Of a stretch of 64,000 bases of DNA, positions 36,952 through 47,661 are shown piece by piece. The notes under the pieces were generated by a model. It had not been told where the DNA came from. It saw only the letters and a program-made list of their open reading frames with translations, and did no database searches. A program made the translations under genes and the position numbers. The stretch is from contig CM059432.1 of NCBI GenBank assembly GCA_030390025.1, forward strand, positions 140,060,001-140,124,000. Reading direction: 5' to 3'. The DNA is from Squalus acanthias (lineage: Eukaryota). The number at the start of each line of letters is the position of its first letter. Within the stretch, counting starts at the first letter, position 1.

Positions 36952-39765
36952 TGTTTAAAAGTTCTTTATCTGAATGCACGCAGCATTCGTAACAAAATAG
37001 ACGAGTTGACGGTACAAATAACTACACATGGGTATGATCTGGTGGCCATTACAGAAACATGGCTGCGAGGTGACCATGACTGGGAACTAAACATCCAGGG
37101 GTATTTGACTATTAGGAAGGACAGACAGGAAGGAAAGGGAGGTGGGGTGGCTATGTTAATAAAGGATAGAATCACTGCAATAGTGAGAAATGATATTGGG
37201 TCAAAGGATCAGGATAGTGAAATAGTTTGGGTGGAGATAAGGAATAATAAGGGGAAAAAGTCACTAGTGGGCGTAGTCTATAGGCCTCCTAACAGTTGTA
37301 ACTCTATTGGTCGGAGTATAAATCAGGAAATAGTTGGGGCTTGTAATAAGGGAACAGCTATAATCATGGGAGATTTTAACTTTCATATTAACTGGACAAA
37401 TCAAATTGGGCAGGGCAGCCTTGAGGAAGAGTTCATAGAGTGCATTAGGGACGGGTTCCTTGAGCAGTATGTTACTGAATCAACCAGGGGGCAGGCAATC
37501 TTAGATCTGGTCCTGTGTAATGAGACAGGATTAATAAAAAATGTCCTAGTAAAGGATCCCCTTGGAATGAGTGACTATAACATGGTTGAATTCCAAATTC
37601 AGTTGGAGGGTGAGAGAGTTGGATCTCAAACCAGCGTACTAAGCTTAAATAAAGGAGACGATGAAGGTATGAGAGCAGAGTTGACTAAAGTGGACTGGGA
37701 AAATAGATTAAGGTGTAAGACGGTACAGGAGCAGTGGTGTACATTCAAGGAGATTTTTCACAACTTTCAAGAAAAATATATTCCACTGAGGAAAAAGGGG
37801 CGTAAAAGAAAAGACAGCCATCCGTGGCTAAGTAAAGTAATAAAGGATAGTATCCGACTGAAAACAAGGGCATATAAAGTAGCCAAATCTAGTGGGAGGA
37901 TAGAAGATTGGGAAGCATTTAAAAGCCAGCAAAGAATAACTAAAAGATTAATTAAGAAGGGGAAGATAGATTATGAAAGTAAACTAGCAAAAAATATAAA
38001 AACAGATAGCAAGAGTTTCTACAGTTATATAAAAAGAAAAAGGGTGGCTAAAGTGAATGTTGGTCCCTTAGAGGACGAGACCGGGAAATTAGTAGTGGGG
38101 AACACGGAGATGGCAAATACGCTGAACAAATATTTTGTATCAGTCTTTACAGTAGAGGATACTAAAAATATCCCAACACTGGACAAACGGGGGGCTATAG
38201 GGGGGGAGGAGCTAAACATGATTAAAATCACTAAGGAGATGGTACTCGGTAAGATAATGGGACTTAAGGCGGATAAATCCCCTGGACCTGATGGCTTACA
38301 TCCTAGGGTCTTGAGAGAAGCAACGGTAGGGATTGCGGATGCATTGGTGGTAATTTTCCAAAACTCCCTGGATTCGGGAAAGGTCCCAGCAGATTGGAAA
38401 ACTGCTAATGTAACGCCCTTATTTAAAAAGGGAGGTAGACAAAAGGCTGGAAACTATAGACCAGTTAGCCTAACATCTGTGGTTGGTAAAATGTTGGAGT
38501 CCATTATTAAGGAAGCAGTAACAGGACATTTGGATTAGCATAATTTAATCGGACAGAGTCAGCATGGTTTTATGAAGGGGAAATCATGCTTGACAAATTT
38601 GCTCGAATTCTTTGAGGACGTAACAAACAGGGTGGATAAAGGGGTACCAGTGGATGTGGTGTATTTGGACTTCCAAAAGGCATTTGATAAGGTGCCACAC
38701 AAAAGATTACTGCACAAGATAAAAAATCACGGGATTGGGGGTAATATACTGGCATGGGTGGAAGATTGGCTATCTAACAGAAAACAGAGAGTTGGGATAA
38801 ATGGTTCATTCTCGGGTTGGCAATCAGTAACTAGTGGTGTTCCGCAAGGGTCAGTGCTGGGACCCCAACTCTTTACAATCTATATTAACGATTTGGAGGA
38901 GGGGACCAAGTGCAACGTATCCAAGTTTGCTGACGATACAAAGATGGGAGGAAAAGCAGTGAGTGAGGAGGACATAAAAAACCTGCAAAAGGACATAGAC
39001 AGGCTAAGTGAGTGGGCAGAAATTTGGCAGATGGAATATAATGTTGGAAAGTGTGAGGTTATGCACTTTGGCAGAAAAAATCAAAGAGCAAGTTATTATC
39101 TAAATGGAAAGAAACTGCAAAGTGCTACAGTACAAAGGGATCTGGGGGTCCTGGTGCATGAAACACAGAAGGTTAGTATGCAGGTACAGCAGGTGATCAG
39201 GAAGGCCAATGGAATCTTGGCTTTTATTGCAAGGGGGATGGAGTATAAAAGCAGGGAAGTCTTGCTTCAGTTATACAAGGTACTGGTGAGGCCACACCTG
39301 GAATACTGCGTACAGTTTTGGTTTCCATATTTAAGAAAAGATATACTTGCTCTCGAGGCAGTTCAGAGAAGGTTCACTCGGTTGATTCCGGAGATGAGGG
39401 GGTTGACTTATGAGGAAAGGTTGAGTAGGTTGGGCCTCTACTCATTGGAATTCAGAAGAATGAGAGGCGATCTTATCGAAACATATAAGATTGTGAGGGG
39501 GCTTGATCGGGTGGAGGCGTGGAGGATGTTTCCACTGATGGGTGAGACTAGAACTAGGGGGCATAATCTTAGAATAAGGGGCTGCCGTTTCAAAACTGAG
39601 ATGAGGAGAAACTTCTTCACTCAGAGGGTAGTAAATCTATGGAATTTGCTACCTCAGAGAGCTGTGGAAGCTGCGACATTAAATAAATTTAAAACGGAGA
39701 TAGACAGTTTCCTAGCTGATAAGGGAATTAAGGGTTATGGGGAGCGGGCAGGGAAGTGGACGTGA
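36952..39765 (+). pseudogene. CR1 ORF2p (APE endonuclease plus RT) with one in-frame TAG at 38536-38538
   Basis: YLNARSI, ITETWL, YRPP, GDFN, LDL, SDY; RT motifs through KFADD. Start approximate. Confidence 0.95.
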
Positions 39766-40504
39766 GTCTAGGTTCGGATCAGCCATGATCCTATTGAATG
39801 GTGGAGCAGGCCCGAGGGGCCATATGGCCTACTCCTGCTCCTACTTCTTATGTTCTTATTTCGAAGAAGAGCAGGGGAGTTCTCCCAGGTGTCCTGGGGC
39901 CAATATTTATCCCTCAATCAATATCACTAAAACAGATTATCTGGTCATTATCACATTGCTGTTTGTGGGAGCTTGCTGTGCACAAATGGATGCCGCGTTT
40001 CCTACTTTATAACAGTGACTACACTTCAAAAGTACTTCATTGGCTGTAAAGCGCTTTGGGACGTCCTGAGGTTGTGAAAGGCGATATATAAATGCAAATC
40101 AATCTCTCTTTCTTTCTCTTTCATTCTTTCTTTCTTTCTCATGAAAGATAAAAGAAATATATTTAGGATATAATCAAATGTCCTATTTTCCTGTAAAGTT
40201 GCTCTTTCTTATCACAATTTTCCAAAATTAGTACTTTTGCTAGCCTAGTGTAAACAGTTCCTTTATTACCTGATCGAAGCCTTTCATAGGACAAACCTTT
40301 GCAGCAGTGATGGAAAATAGGAACTTTTTCATGCTAGGTTTTATCCTGCATTAACTATCTCGTTCACTCATGCCCCTTATTACAAGATCATCCAATATAA
40401 GGTCTTCCTGGGCCCTTTAACCAATGGCACACTAGATTCAGCAATCCCCAAGCCAAAATTTCAGAGCAAATCATTAGTTTACTTTCTTCCACCCTCTCCT
40501 GGGA

Positions 40505-40850
40505 TCAGGAGGAGGCCATTCAGCCCCTCGAGCCTGCTCCACCATTCAGTTAGATCATGATTGATCTATACCTCAACTCCATTTACCCGCCTTGGTTCCG
40601 TATCCCTTAATACCCTTGCTAACAAAAATCTATCAATCTTAGTTTTGAAATTTTCAATTGACCCCCCCAGCCTCAACAGCTTTTTGGGGGAGAGAGTTCC
40701 AGATTTCCACTACACTTTGTGTGAAGAAGTGCTTCCTGATTTCACTCCTGGCTGGGCTAGCTCTCATTTTAAGTTTCTGCCCCCCTTGTTCTAGACTCCC
40801 CTCACCAGAGGAAATAGTTTCTCTCGAGCTACCCTATCAAATCCTCTTCC
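40505..40850 (-). mobile_element. CR1 3' fragment
   Basis: ggaggccattcagcccctcgagcctgctcc tail and ORF2 end. Confidence 0.85.
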
Positions 40851-41549
40851 CCTCCTGAAGGTTCTGATTCTTGCTATCAATTTATCGTCCTTCACATGTA
40901 AGCCTACACAGTTAGGCCTCGATTTGCCTCTGAATTACCTCCTGTTTTGGGGCAGTAAACAGAGTAAAGTCTACCGGCTGAAATCCACCCCGAAAAAAAA
41001 TTGCACCTGCATTCTCGTCCCAACCTGTCCTAATATCGCCTTCTTTGGCTCGGAGTCAATTTTTTCTGTCTGATAACACTCCTGTGAAGCGCCTTGGGAC
41101 GTTCTCCTACGTTAAAGATGCTATGTAAATTCAAGTTGCTGTGGCATTAATTAACTCCTTTAATAAAAGAGCTGAATAAATATCTGGTTAGATATGTGAT
41201 TGGAGGATATATGGATAAGTACAGGTAAAGATGATGGAATATTGTACGGAGCCTGATGCTGCCAGAGTGTGCTTGGCACCATGGAAATATCAAGCCATAG
41301 AAAACAGCTGGTCAAACATGAATTCATTTAGTTTTTGCACTCCTTGGCCAGCTTTCATCCACTGAGAGCTATGCAGTGGTATAATGATTGCATTATTTTT
41401 TTTAAATATTGGGTTGCTTCATTACACACAATATCGAACACACATTTTTAAAATTACTGGTGATATTTTAGATTTTGCTGTTTTGCGGTTTATTACTGCA
41501 ATGGTATTTTCTGTAAAAGCCTAATTAAGGTGATGGATTTTATCCATAA

Positions 41550-41780
41550 AAAGAAAGGAAGATACAGCCAATTAAGTACTTTTGAAGTGTAGTCACGGTT
41601 GTAATGTAGGAAACGCAGCAGTCAATTTGCGCACAGCAAGCTCCCACAAACAGCAATGAGATAAATGATTAGATTATCTGCTTTTAGTGATGTTGGTTGA
41701 GGGATAAATATTGGCCCCAGGACACCAGGGAGAACTCCCCTGCTCTTCTTCTAAATAATACCATGAGATCTTTTATGTTG
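41550..41780 (-). mobile_element. SacSINE1-like SINE fragment
   Basis: Deu core match. Confidence 0.85.
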
Positions 41781-43147
41781 AATCATTGTATAAACTATAG
41801 TTCTAGTTTAGCACCTTTCTCATCTCACATAATTACTCTCAAATAAGTTCCATCTTCTGTAATAGAATATAAGGCAGATGGTTATAGGCAATGAAGAAAA
41901 AGAAAGATGTTTGTCTTGGTATAGCTTAGATGAAAATTGGCAACTAACTAGTTCTAAATGGCAAGAGGCAAATAAAAGTTTCAGGCAAGTGGAGATAGCA
42001 ACTATTTATAACTGTGTTATCCAGACATAGGTCCTTTTCAGAACCATAGAGGTTTACGCCACAGAAGGAGGCCATTTGGTCCTACTTTCTCTGCATCAAA
42101 TACTTATACAATTTATCCTTAAAAGAGACAATGGTCTCTGCCTCAACCATTCCCTGCAGCAAAGCATTCCATGCTCCAACAATCCTTTGAGTGTGTAAAG
42201 AAATTTCTCCTAACCTCACTGCTGATTCGCATAGTGATAATTTTAAATTGATGATTCCGTTTAACTGACTCCCCAATCAAAGGAAATGGTCTTTCTCTAT
42301 TGACTATCAAAATCCGTCATAATTTAAAAAAAATCGATGAAGTCTCCTCTTAGCCTTCTTTGCAATAACAATTTGTATTTATACAGCGCTTCACAGGAGT
42401 GCTTTAAAGCAAAATTTGACATCGAGCTACATAAGGAGAAATTAGAGGAGCACAGATATCTCGGGGGGGTTGTGGGGCTGGAGGAGATTACAGAGATAGG
42501 GAGGGGCGAGGCCATGGAGGGATTTGAAAACAAGGATCAAAATTTTAAAATCGAGGCCTTGCTTAACCAGGAGCCAATGTAGGTCAGTGAGCACAGGGGT
42601 GATGGGTGAACAGGACTTGGTGCGAGTTAGGACACAGGCAGCCAAGTTTTGGATGACCTCAAATTTACGTAGGGTAGAATGTGGGAGGCCATCCAGAGTG
42701 CGTTGGAATAGTCAAGTCTAGAGGTAACAAAGGCATGGATGAGGGTTTCGGCAGCAGATGAGCTGAGGCAGGGGTGGAGACGGGTGATGTTACGGAGGTG
42801 GAAATAGGCAGTTTTAGTTATGGCGCAGATATGTGGTCGGAAGCTCATTTCAGGGTCAAATATGACATCAAGGTTGCGAAGAGTGTGGTTCAGCCTCAGA
42901 CAGATGTTAGGGAGAGGGATGGAGTCGATGGCTAGGGAACGGAGTTTGTGGCGGGGACCAAAGTCAATGGCTTCGGTCTTCCCAATATTTAATTGGAGGA
43001 AATTTCTGCTCATCCAGTACTGGATGTTGGACAAGCAGTCTGACAACTTAGAGGTCATGATGTGGAGATGCCGGCGTTGGACTGGGGTGGACAAAAATGA
43101 GAAGTCGCACAACACCAGGTTATAGTCCAACAGATTTATTTAATTTT

Positions 43148-43184
43148 ACAAGCTTTCGGAGCTATCGCTCCTTCGTCAGGTAAG
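43148..43184 (-). ncRNA. Minimal hammerhead ribozyme motif (left arm)
   Basis: Reverse complement of 44656-44692. Confidence 0.75.
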
Positions 43185-43781
43185 TTAGCAATGAGAGAAT
43201 CTCCCAGAATTCACAATTTAAACCCAGACAAAATCTATTCACATTATTCGCTACAACAAAGAGCACAGCCAAGACAATGAGATGTGTCCCAGGGGGTCCA
43301 GCGTGTCAAACCACCTGCTGGCTGCATATCCTGTCAATTTGTGTTCTTGTGTTTTAAAAAAAAAAAACACCTGGGAAGACCGGCCATGATGTCAAGTCAC
43401 GTTCTGTATCGTGACATGAACCCGATATCGCGATTGAGGCCATCCTCATGAGTGCGGAACTTGGCTATCAGTTTCTGCTCTATGATTTTGCGCTGTCGTG
43501 TATCTCAAAGGCCGCCTTGGAGAACGCTTACCCGCAGATCCGAGGCTGAATGCCCCTGGCTGCTGAAGTGTTCCCCGACTGGGAGGCAACCCTCCTGCCT
43601 GGCGATTGTTGCGCGGTGTCCGTTCATACGTTGTCTCAGTGTCTGCATGGTCTCGCCGATGTACCATGCTCTGGAGCATCCTTTACTGCAACGTATCAGG
43701 TAGACAACGTTGGCCGAGTCACATGAGTATGTACCGTGTACCTGGTGGGTAGTGTCCTCACGTGTAATGATGGTATCTGTG

Positions 43782-44443
43782 GAACACGGGACACAACCAA
43801 CAGAGTACCCTACGTCGTCCAGTACTTCCCCGGAGCGGAAAAACTACGCCATGTTCTTCGCAGCCTTCAACATGTCATCGATGACGACGAACACCTTGCT
43901 AAGGCCATCCCCACGCCTCCACTACTCGCCTTCAAGCAGCCACCTAACCTCAAAAGTACCATCGTTCGCAGCAGATTACCCATCTTTCAGGAGAACAGCA
44001 ACCAAGACACCACACAACCCTGCCACGGCAACCTCTGCAAGACATGCCAAATCATGGACACAGATACCATCATTACACGTGAGGACACTACCCACCAGGT
44101 ACACGGTACATACTCATGTGACTCGGCCAACGTTGTCTACCTGATACGTTGCAGTAAAGGATGCTCCAGAGCATGGTACATCGGCGAGACCATGCAGACA
44201 CTGAGACAACGTATGAACGGACACCGCGCAACAATCGCCAGGCAGGAGGGTTGCCTCCCAGTCGGGGAACACTTCAGCAGCCAGGGGCATTCAGCCTCGG
44301 ATCTGCGGGTAAGCGTTCTCCAAGGCGGCCTTTGAGATACACGACAGCGCAAAATCATAGAGCAGAAACTGATAGCCAAGTTCCGCACTCATGAGGATGG
44401 CCTCAATCGCGATATCGGGTTCATGTCACGATACAGAACGTGA
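43782..44443 (+). pseudogene. Penelope ORF C-terminus (RT thumb/linker plus GIY-YIG endonuclease) with premature TGA at 44333-44335
   Basis: Frame continues after the stop as DTRQRKIIEQKLIAKFRTHEDGLNRD (conserved E and GLN motifs). Confidence 0.9.
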
Positions 44444-44655
44444 CTTGACATCATGGCCGGTCTTCCCAGGTGTTTTTTTTTTTTAAAACACAAGAACACA
44501 AATTGACAGGATATGCAGCCAGCAGGTGGTTTGACACGCTGGACCCCCTGGGACACATCTCATTGTCTTGGCTGTGCTCTTTGTTGTAGCGAATAATGTG
44601 AATAGATTTTGTCTGGGTTTAAATTGTGAATTCTGGGAGATTCTCTCATTGCTAA

Positions 44656-44692
44656 CTTACCTGACGAAGGAGCGATAGCTCCGAAAGCTTGT
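44656..44692 (+). ncRNA. Minimal hammerhead ribozyme motif (right arm)
   Basis: CTGACGA (44661-44667), stem II ggagc-gata-gctcc, GAAA (44683-44686), palindromic aagctt at stem III. Confidence 0.75.
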
Positions 44693-45269
44693 AAAATTAA
44701 ATAAATCTGTTGGACTATAACCTGGTGTTGTGCGACTTCTCATTTTTGACAACTTAGAGACATTGGAGGGGTCGAGAGAAGTGGTGATGAGGTAGAGCTG
44801 GGTGTCATCAACGTACATGTGGAAACTGACGCTGTGATAATTTTAAATTGATGATTCCGTTTAACTGACTCCCCAACCAGTGGAAATGGTCTGTCTGTAT
44901 TGACTGTATCAAAAACCTTCATAATTAAAAACAAAATCGATTAAGTCTCCTCTTAGCCTTCTTTGCAACAACAAGGGCAGCATATAGCTGAGAAATATAC
45001 ATGAAATAATCCCTGAATCTCAAGTCTCTCTTCATAACTATAGTTTTGCAACTCTGATATCACCCTGGTGAATCTAATTTGTACACTCTCTATGTCTTTA
45101 ATAACCTTTTTATAAAGGGATGCCTAAAAACACTCGCAGTACGCTACCAAGCCAATGTTTTGTACCAACTTATCATTATTTCTTCACTTACAAACTCCTG
45201 TTTATCAAATTAAAATGGTGTTGGCCATTTTCATGGCTTTATCTAGCTGCAGTTGGACTTTCAGGGAAT

Positions 45270-46019
45270 TCTTCTTCTTCTTAGGCAGTCCCTTGGAACC
45301 GAGGATGACTTGCTTCCACACTAAAAATGAGTTCTCAGGTGACTGATGAGTCCAATACGGGACCTACAGTCTCTGTCACAGGTGGGGCAGATGGTGAAGG
45401 GGCGGGTGGGTGGGGTGCTTGGGTTGACGTGCGCTCCTTCCGCTGTTTGCGCTTGGCTTCCGCTTGCTCCCGGCGAAGAGACTCGAGGTGCTCGGCGCCT
45501 TCCCGGATGCTTCTCCTCCACTTTGTGCGGTCTTGGGCCAGGGATTCCCAGGTGTCGGTGGGGATGTTGCACTTTTTCAAGGAGGCTTTGAGGGTGTCCT
45601 CGAAGCGTTTCCTCTGCCCACCTGGGGCTCTCTTGCCGTGTCGGAGCTCCGAGTAGAGCGCTTGTTTTGGGAATCTCGTATCGGGCATACGGACGATGTG
45701 GCCCGTCCATCGGAGCTGATCGAGCGTGGTCAAAGCTTCGATGCTGGGGATGTTGGCCTGCGCGAGAACACTGATGTTGGTGCGCCTATCCTGCCAATGG
45801 ATTTGCAGGATCTTGCGGAGGCAGCGTTGGTGGTACCTCTCCAGTGCTTTGAGGTGCTTGCTGTACATGGTCCATGTCTCTGAAGCATACAGGAGGGCAG
45901 GTATCACCACTGCTCTGTAGACCATGAGCTTGGTGCTGGGTTTGAGGTCCTGGTCTTCAAACACTCTCTTCCTCAGGCGACCGAAGGTGCACTGGCACAC
46001 TGAAGGCGGTGTTGGACTC
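45270..46019 (-). mobile_element. RTE-clade LINE 3' fragment
   Basis: FGRLRKRVF...LLYASETW...LRWTGHIVRM; (aag)n tail; same family as 13674-15052. Confidence 0.95.
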
Positions 46020-46994
46020 AATTATGTATCTGCTCATTCACCTTCTTCAGTGTATTTCCATTGATTGTATACTCCCATTCCTTGTCCCTCCCAAAATGTA
46101 TTACCTCACACTTCTCCACTTTAAATTATATTTTCTACCTGTTTGCCCATTCTCTTAAATCTTCCTGAAGTCTTTTACAGCCCTCTTCTGTTTACAAACA
46201 TCCTACTTTTGTGTTCCAGTAAAGTATTCTAGACACGCTGCAATCTGATATTACCATTAAACTATAGATTGGTTTGCTGACTGATGTATATCAGGAGCTT
46301 TTCAGTATATTTATAAGAATGAAGTGAGCTACTTGGATTCCCTACTGTGTCAGTCTAATAAGACTAAATAAAAATCAATTTTCTCTGGATCAAATTCAGC
46401 TTCTAATGTTCAGAGTTTGAATACTGATGCAACGAAATTCATACCTGATGTCCAAATATTAAAACCAGGTATTCCCAATATTTATTTGGAGGAAATTTCT
46501 GGGAATAGTGCATTTCAAAATGTTGGCGGTTATGAGAAGGTCCCATCCAATACTTGGTCTACACTGAGTCAGCTTAACTCAGTCACCGGTATTGTAATAG
46601 GGGCAATAAAAGTGGCTTAAGCACCTCTTGGTCGAGGGCAAAGAAAAATTAGCCAGGATTTGTGATTCTGATAGTTATCCCGCCGGCCCCCCTGGATTGT
46701 GAATGTTGGCTGAAGACCAGATTGGATTCTTTGTGACATTCCCCATGGTGGTACAGACCATTGGCACTCTGGATCTAAAATTCATGGATTGGAGTGGGTG
46801 GAAATTGGGAGTTTAGTTTGCAGAGGGACAGGAATTCGGGACAGAACCTGGATTCCACTGGGTTTCTACTCCACTTACACTCTACCACAAATTCCGATTG
46901 GGGTGGGGGTTGGGTGGGCATTTCTTAAGCGTGTAAGTGGCGTATCTGGAGGCATTCTTCAGGATTCTGCTGAGCATGCCAGCCTAGAGGCCAT

Positions 46995-47381
46995 GCAGAT
47001 TCCATGGGATTTGATAGGGTGGATTACAGTGAAACTATTCCCTCTGGTGGGGTCATCAAGAACAAGGGGACATCATCTTAAAATTAGAGCTAGGGTATTC
47101 AGGAGCGAAATCAGGAAGCACTTTTTCACACAAAGGATAGTAGAAATTTGGATCTCTCTCCCCTCACCGCCCCCCCCCCCCCCACCCAACAAAAAAGGCT
47201 GTGGATTCTGAGACAATTGGACCTTTCAAGACTGAGATAGATAGATTTTTGTTGGGTAAGGGTATCAAGGGTATGGAGCAAAGGTGGGAAAATGGAGTTG
47301 AGGTGCAGGTCAGCCATGATCTAGCAGAATGTCGGAGCAGGCCTGAGGGGCTGAATGGCCTCCTCCTGTTCCTAATGTTCC
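46995..47381 (+). mobile_element. CR1 3' fragment
   Basis: LFPLVGSSRTRGH.LKIR...FFTQRIVEIW and tail. Confidence 0.85.
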
Positions 47382-47475
47382 AACGATCCAGCAAATAGTG
47401 ATGGAAGTGGGTGTGGACATTAGGTGAGGGCAGGAGTGTACTTGGCAGTGATTGCCCCAGCAGCTGACACTCAGG

Positions 47476-47661
47476 GGGTAATTGTAACCTGACTCACCGG
47501 GCAGGAAGCCCACCGGATAGGGTGGAACACTGGTTTTACACCTCGCCGAACATCACTCCCCACTGACTTCAACAGCGAGTAGAATTGGGCGGGGTGTAAA
47601 ATGAGGCTAGCACTCAATCCCGTCACTTTCCCGACGGACGGGTTAGGCTAAAATTGCCCCC
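47476..47661. mobile_element. Palindromic MITE, same family as 6473-6649
   Basis: TIRs gggggtaattgtaacct / aggctaaaattgccccc; internal ttttacacctcgcc / ggcggggtgtaaaa. Confidence 0.75.

Larger units (their letters stand above)
35449..39856 (+). mobile_element. Near full-length CR1 LINE (5' UTR, ORF1, ORF2, tail)
   Basis: Two-ORF layout with 3' stem-loop and ttatgttct tail. Confidence 0.97.
35305..40138 (+). mobile_element. SacSINE1-like SINE split by the full-length CR1 (halves 35305-35448 and 39857-40138)
   Basis: ...gatcccagggcac joined to tatttcgaagaagagc... restores the SINE consensus. Confidence 0.9.
43054..44748 (+). mobile_element. Penelope-like element, 5'-truncated, with an inverted upstream copy of its 3' end
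   Basis: RVPYVVQYFPG, AFKQPPNLK, PC.GN.CKTC, NVVYLIRC...YIGET...LRQRMNGHR (GIY-YIG); TSD tgacaacttagag at 43041-43053 and 44747-44759. Confidence 0.95.
43092..44748. repeat. 690-bp inverted repeat (43092-43781 / 44059-44748) with 277-bp spacer
   Basis: Coordinates pair to a constant sum of 87840; mirrored ORFs are identical; the 12-nt homopolymer has the same length in both arms. Confidence 0.97.
42365..44833 (-). mobile_element. L2 LINE 3' portion (42365-43053 and 44749-44833) interrupted by the Penelope element
   Basis: SKLSDCLSNIQYWMSRNFLQLNIGKTE...LIHAFVTSRLDYSN; YVDDTQLY part right of the insertion. Confidence 0.92.
42040..45150 (-). mobile_element. Old CR1 fragment split by L2 and Penelope insertions
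   Basis: TQRIVGAWNAL...FKDKL (42082-42276) and RRLRGD; continues at 44834-45150. Confidence 0.7.

Noticed and set aside
43446..44394. Duplicated identical 77-aa and 83-aa ORFs as a gene pair
   Set aside because: They are off-frame and antisense products of the Penelope inverted repeat.
45253..46019. gttggact on both sides of the second RTE as a TSD
   Set aside because: The right-hand copy is RTE-internal sequence (present in the paralog near 14305) and the left one is not adjacent to the tail.
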